Shown piece after piece: positions 6,881-10,070 of a stretch of DNA of 10,070 nucleotides; the first letter of the stretch is position 1; each line of letters opens with the position of its first letter. Source of the DNA: Verrucomicrobiota bacterium (lineage in GTDB: Bacteria > Verrucomicrobiota > Verrucomicrobiia > Limisphaerales > J093); the NCBI GenBank assembly GCA_029907285.1, contig JARYMD010000143.1, positions 1 to 10,070 of the forward strand. The letters run 5' to 3'. The notes beneath the pieces are model-generated. The model saw only the letters and a list, made by a program, of their open reading frames with translations, was not told where the DNA came from and did not search any database. A program made the translations under genes and the position numbers.

Positions 6881-8239
6881 TTACCTCCGCCGGACATCAT
6901 AGCAATAGAGTGTATCGTGATATCTGAGGTAGAGCCGCCCATCGAGAATGACAGGGTGTGTCCATGCATCCGTCACCTTTTGGGGGACAAGACGGAACCG
7001 GCCTTTCACCTTCGGACCAGCCGCATTTGCTTCAAGAAGCACCACGTTTCCATCTTCCCCAAGACAATACAGCCGGTCGTCAGCCCAAATCACCGATCCT
7101 TTTGCGATGTCTTTCCATTTCCACTTTACGTCCCCGGTGGCGGCATCTATTGCGGCCCAGCCTCTGTCGGTTCGGTACCATGCGCCGAAAATCAATCCAT
7201 CGACCAGCACCCCGCCGCCATGGCATGTGTCAAGTTCGGTTTGCCAGATTCGTTTCACGTCCCAGCCGGTATCCGTGGGTCTAAGCCGGTAAAGCCCGCC
7301 GGCATCTGTATCGGGTGCAGTAACAAAAACAGCCTCGCCAACAAGCAATGGCGTCGCAGGAATAACAAGGTATCGCGTTGGAAACGGGCGCGTCCAAACC
7401 AAGCGACCCGTTGCGGCGTCCACTCCAAACAAATGCCGCATCGACGTGTTCACCAACAATCTCTTTCCATCCCAATCGATCAGGATCGGCGAACCGTAAC
7501 TTGCTGAATCGGGTTCTCCGGCTGGATGCGCCAGCCGCTGCATCGCGGGGTTCTCGGACGGCCCCAACTTCAAAGCCTCGGTTGTCCACACTATCTTGCT
7601 GGTTCGCTTGTCCAAAGCCGCCATTAGAGCCTTTTGTCCGCCGGGGGTCACAAACACCCGTTCCCCAGCGACGAGGAGGTTTTCGCTCAATGCCCATGTG
7701 ATGTTCTTTCCTTGGAACTGCTCGAGCACATCAACTGCCCACAGCTCGCGTCCATCTGCCGAATCAAAGCAAGCAAGGCGCCCGTGCGCGTTGAGGTGAT
7801 ACAATTTGCCTTCGCTGAAAGTGCAGCTTGCTCGTGCACCCGGGTAAGGTTCTTTCCATGCCCGGCCGTTGACGGTCTCCCAGAGGCGCTTTCCGTTGGT
7901 ATCAAGCGCGAATATATGCAGCTCATCGCCGATATCGCCTGCGAGGTATATTCGGCCGCCGGTGATGATCGGCGCTGAGTATCCGTATCCGAGCCCTTCG
8001 GCTTTCCAAACCAGCGTCGGCCCTTGTTCAGGCCATTCACCAAGAAGGCCCTTTTCGGGGCTTCGCCCATCCCTGAAAATCCCTCTCCATTGCGGCCAGC
8101 CGGGCTCAGGCGATGGAACAATCCGAGGTCCTTGTCCAAGGCAAACACCGACGCTGCATATCAACACCGCCAAACCAGCCCGGGTTAACGCATGACCATT
8201 GAACCCCAATTCTGCAATTGTGAACTGCCACCGTTTCAT
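6881..8239 (-). CDS. Secreted PQQ-like beta-propeller repeat protein (BamB/YVTN-like family)
   Basis: N-terminal signal-like segment MKRWQFTIAELGFNGHALTRAGLAVLICSVGVCLG. It is followed by the hallmark WPQWRG...G..P motif of PQQ-propeller proteins. Repeated blades contain W/aromatic-G-D motifs (RIYLAGDIGDELHIFALDTNGKRLWE, GKLYHLNAHGRLACFDSADGRELW, ATGRLVW, ATGDVKWKW, RLYCLGEDGNVVLL, GRLYLRYHDTLYCYDV). The ATG at 8237-8239 is preferred over the track's TTG at 8275. Confidence 0.82.
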   Translation of the reverse strand: MKRWQFTIAELGFNGHALTRAGLAVLICSVGVCLGQGPRIVPSPEPGWPQWRGIFRDGRSPEKGLLGEWPEQGPTLVWKAEGLGYGYSAPIITGGRIYLAGDIGDELHIFALDTNGKRLWETVNGRAWKEPYPGARASCTFSEGKLYHLNAHGRLACFDSADGRELWAVDVLEQFQGKNITWALSENLLVAGERVFVTPGGQKALMAALDKRTSKIVWTTEALKLGPSENPAMQRLAHPAGEPDSASYGSPILIDWDGKRLLVNTSMRHLFGVDAATGRLVWTRPFPTRYLVIPATPLLVGEAVFVTAPDTDAGGLYRLRPTDTGWDVKRIWQTELDTCHGGGVLVDGLIFGAWYRTDRGWAAIDAATGDVKWKWKDIAKGSVIWADDRLYCLGEDGNVVLLEANAAGPKVKGRFRLVPQKVTDAWTHPVILDGRLYLRYHDTLYCYDVRRR

Positions 8240-8613
8240 AACATGTGCAACAGACCATTCATTCCGCCCACGCAAAACGCCTCAAAGAATGCTGAACAAT
8301 CACAATCTGTCGAGCAGATTCGATCCCGAACAAGCCCAACTGCACGCCTGCAGCCAGAACATCGAGCCAGTAACAAACAGTGAGCCTGTCACTCTGTCGT
8401 CACTTTGTCCCATGTTCGGTTTGAATGCGCCCGCCTCGGAGCCGATGTGAAGCGACGCACTTCGTTTGCCACGGCTTTTGTTTGCCGGGGAAGGCATCGG
8501 CCGCGAATCGGCCACATTTTGGCGAAGCTGGCGAAGCACCGAGATGGCCGATCACCCGTTGCGCATTATGGCACCGCGTGCCCGGCCGGTCCGATGCGAA
8601 GCCCCGCCAACTC

Positions 8614-9219
8614 ATGGCTGTTGACTACACAGAGACCGAAACCCTCTGGATGAAGACCCTGATGAATTACGACATCCGCGTGAACAACGTCCGGCTCTGT
8701 CCCACGACCACCCGGACTGGCAGACTGCCAACAGCGCCAACCGTAATCGCCGGCACCGCCGCCGCCCCATGGGATTGGTCCTCAGTGATCACAAACATGA
8801 TCGGCAGTTATTCCATCAACGGATGGCTGTACTACTACGACACCAGCAACCCAAATGGCGTGAGCCGGTGGGTCGATCCCAGCCAACGCCCAAAGTTCTT
8901 TCAGCGAGAGACAGCCGTTGTTTCACCGTCCACGACGCCCTATTTCATGGACGCTTTGTGGCCCGACACATGGCCTTTGAAGGAAGACTTACCGCCATCG
9001 GACCTGTACCAAGGCGATTCCCTGACCAGTCTTGGCCGCATTTGTCTGAGCCGACATCCTCTTATGCGTTTCAAGGCAAAGTCGGGCCAGCCCCTGCCCA
9101 GTGCAATCAACATGAGCTACGCAGACGGCCATGCCGGAAAACTCAGGCTCCAAGACATCAAGAACGTCACCTGGCACGTGGGCTACGAGCCAATCAACGA
9201 CCCATGGCGGACCCGGTAG
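8614..9219 (+). pseudogene. Fragment of a prepilin-like protein (H-X9-DG/DUF1559-type, PVC-group) with no N-terminal pilin domain
   Basis: The C-terminal portion of ORF 8425..9219 (…HPLMRFKAKSGQPLPSAINMSYADGHAGKLRLQDIKNVTWH…) resembles the conserved ..N..FADGHVE..K ending of the abundant verrucomicrobial/planctomycete prepilin-type cleavage/methylation proteins. Neither this ORF nor any upstream frame encodes an FTLIELLVV-type N-terminal prepilin helix. The first 63 codons from the 8425 ATG are Arg/Pro/Cys-rich and look non-coding. An in-frame ATG lies at 8614. Confidence 0.45.
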
Positions 9220-9392
9220 CCCCATTCCGCAGCGCGTTTTCTGCCCGAATGTCACTCCTGTCCGAGCTCGATCGTTTTCTTTGGCCCCCACCTGCAATCA
9301 CGTCGCTCCCGACGGAGTTCAATGGCACGACTGCCCGGTCTTCTTGCATCTCAAACATCCTCCCCCAACTCATTTTTCTCCCACCCGTTTTT

Positions 9393-9430
9393 TGCCAATG
9401 ATCTTTCTGCCAACGATCTTTCTGCCAATC
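9393..9430. repeat. 15-bp tandem direct repeat (~2.5 units: tgccaatgatctttc / tgccaacgatctttc / tgccaatc)
   Basis: Directly visible at 9393-9407, 9408-9422 and partially at 9423-9430. It lies in the intergenic region between the prepilin-like fragment (ends 9219) and the signal-peptide ORF (starts 9673). Confidence 0.6.
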
Positions 9431-9672
9431 CCAAACACTCGATCGACATTCTGATTTGGAAGTTGTCCCAGCCCGTGACTTTCACCAGCCAACCGGCCAC
9501 ACACACCCAACGCTTCATCCCAAGGAGGACGTCGCATGGACCTACTTGCAGCGCGAAAAGTCGCAATCGTCCACTTCCCAACACAGCCTGTCCGGCGCAA
9601 GAACCCGCCTGAATCATTTGCTCGGTTGCGGCTGTGCGGCTTTTCGTGGCAGTATCTTGTCCAAATCAACAC

Positions 9673-9879
9673 ATGAACCAGCCCGTCGGAAGAATCAGCA
9701 ACAGAACCCCGAGGCGGCCAAACCTGTGCGGCGCGGTGACCGCATGGCTGTTGCTTTGTTTGTGGTGCACGATCCCTTCTGTCTATGGTGCCACAGTGCA
9801 GCCGCGCTATTACGCGCATCCTGCAGTGCATGACCGATATGGCGTTATTGCACCGTGGTACCGCGGCCTCAACGGCTAG
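9673..9879 (+). CDS. Signal-peptide ORF ending at an in-frame TAG; the same frame continues, coding-like, to the window edge
   Basis: ATG at 9673 gives MNQPVGRISNRTPRRPNLCGAVTAWLLLCLWCTIPSVYG|ATVQPRYYAHPAVHDRYGVIAPWYRGLNG. This has a positively charged n-region, a hydrophobic core and a VYG-A cleavage-like site. TAG follows at 9877-9879. Frame 1 then runs open for 63 codons with strong GC3 bias (VDFRVRVAAETLKRYPWTTRTNAIAEYPAYVFSGFRNTTTPYHIVETWEWNPVTNTWTQKGNF...) to 10070. Confidence 0.4.
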   Translation: MNQPVGRISNRTPRRPNLCGAVTAWLLLCLWCTIPSVYGATVQPRYYAHPAVHDRYGVIAPWYRGLNG

Positions 9880-10070
9880 GTGGATTTCCGCGTGCGTGTG
9901 GCTGCAGAAACACTCAAGCGTTATCCATGGACCACGCGCACGAATGCAATCGCCGAGTACCCGGCCTACGTGTTCAGCGGCTTCCGCAACACGACCACGC
10001 CCTACCACATCGTCGAGACGTGGGAGTGGAACCCGGTGACTAACACCTGGACGCAGAAGGGCAACTTCCC
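9880..10070 (+). CDS. Partial CDS running off the 3' window edge. It is either a continuation of the upstream signal-peptide ORF or a separate gene starting at GTG 9880
   Basis: Open frame with coding-like codon usage (G/C-rich third positions) from 9880 to the end of the window. The family was not recognised. Confidence 0.4.
   Translation, partial: MDFRVRVAAETLKRYPWTTRTNAIAEYPAYVFSGFRNTTTPYHIVETWEWNPVTNTWTQKGNF

Noticed and set aside
6917-7701. Several 100-200-aa plus-strand ORFs (6917-7507, 6948-7292, 7378-7701, etc.)
   Set aside because: All are antisense or frame-shifted overlaps of the 464-aa PQQ-propeller gene. None has a recognisable family.
8769-9401. 210-aa plus-strand ORF in an alternative frame to the prepilin-like ORF
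   Set aside because: Arg/Pro/His-rich with no recognisable domain. The overlapping frame carries the ADGH family signature.
9370-10008. 212-aa minus-strand ORF at the right end
   Set aside because: Arg-rich, low-complexity translation (…GRKIVGRKIIGKKRVGEK). It overlaps a plus-strand frame with much better coding character.
1-10070. CRISPR arrays, rRNA, IS elements or transposases
   Set aside because: Apart from the one 15-bp tandem repeat (9393-9430), no direct-repeat/spacer periodicity was seen. No transposase-like or integrase-like ORF and no rRNA-like conserved blocks were seen in any frame.

Overview
This is a GC-rich (roughly 55-60% by eye) bacterial chromosomal window. Its centre is a flotillin membrane-microdomain operon on the + strand: a short NfeD-like protein, a FloT-like flotillin, a small PLDc_N membrane protein, and a Cab-type beta-carbonic anhydrase that carries an unusual C-terminal GYF-like (DUF4339-like) domain. 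Upstream, a DUF1015-family gene (+) is transcribed divergently from a beta-CASP metallo-beta-lactamase RNase gene (-). The shared promoter region contains a nested palindrome. Downstream, a secreted PQQ-like beta-propeller gene (-) converges on the operon, with a structured intergenic region between them. The right end holds a fragment of a prepilin-like protein (H-X9-DG/DUF1559-type) with no N-terminal pilin domain. It also holds a 15-bp tandem repeat and a signal-peptide ORF interrupted by an in-frame TAG. Two copies of a ~90-120 bp repeat element bracket the central gene block at 110-230 and 6783-6872. They are in direct orientation at ~80% identity, and one copy is a complete inverted-repeat-bounded unit. 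Almost no gene has a recognisable Shine-Dalgarno sequence. Together with the gene content, this suggests a PVC-group-like (Verrucomicrobia/Planctomycetes) organism, but that is inference. The supplied ORF track evidently counts GTG/TTG as starts, so several listed N-termini are over-extended; I moved starts to in-frame ATGs where the family alignment supports it. No rRNA, tRNA or CRISPR was recognised.
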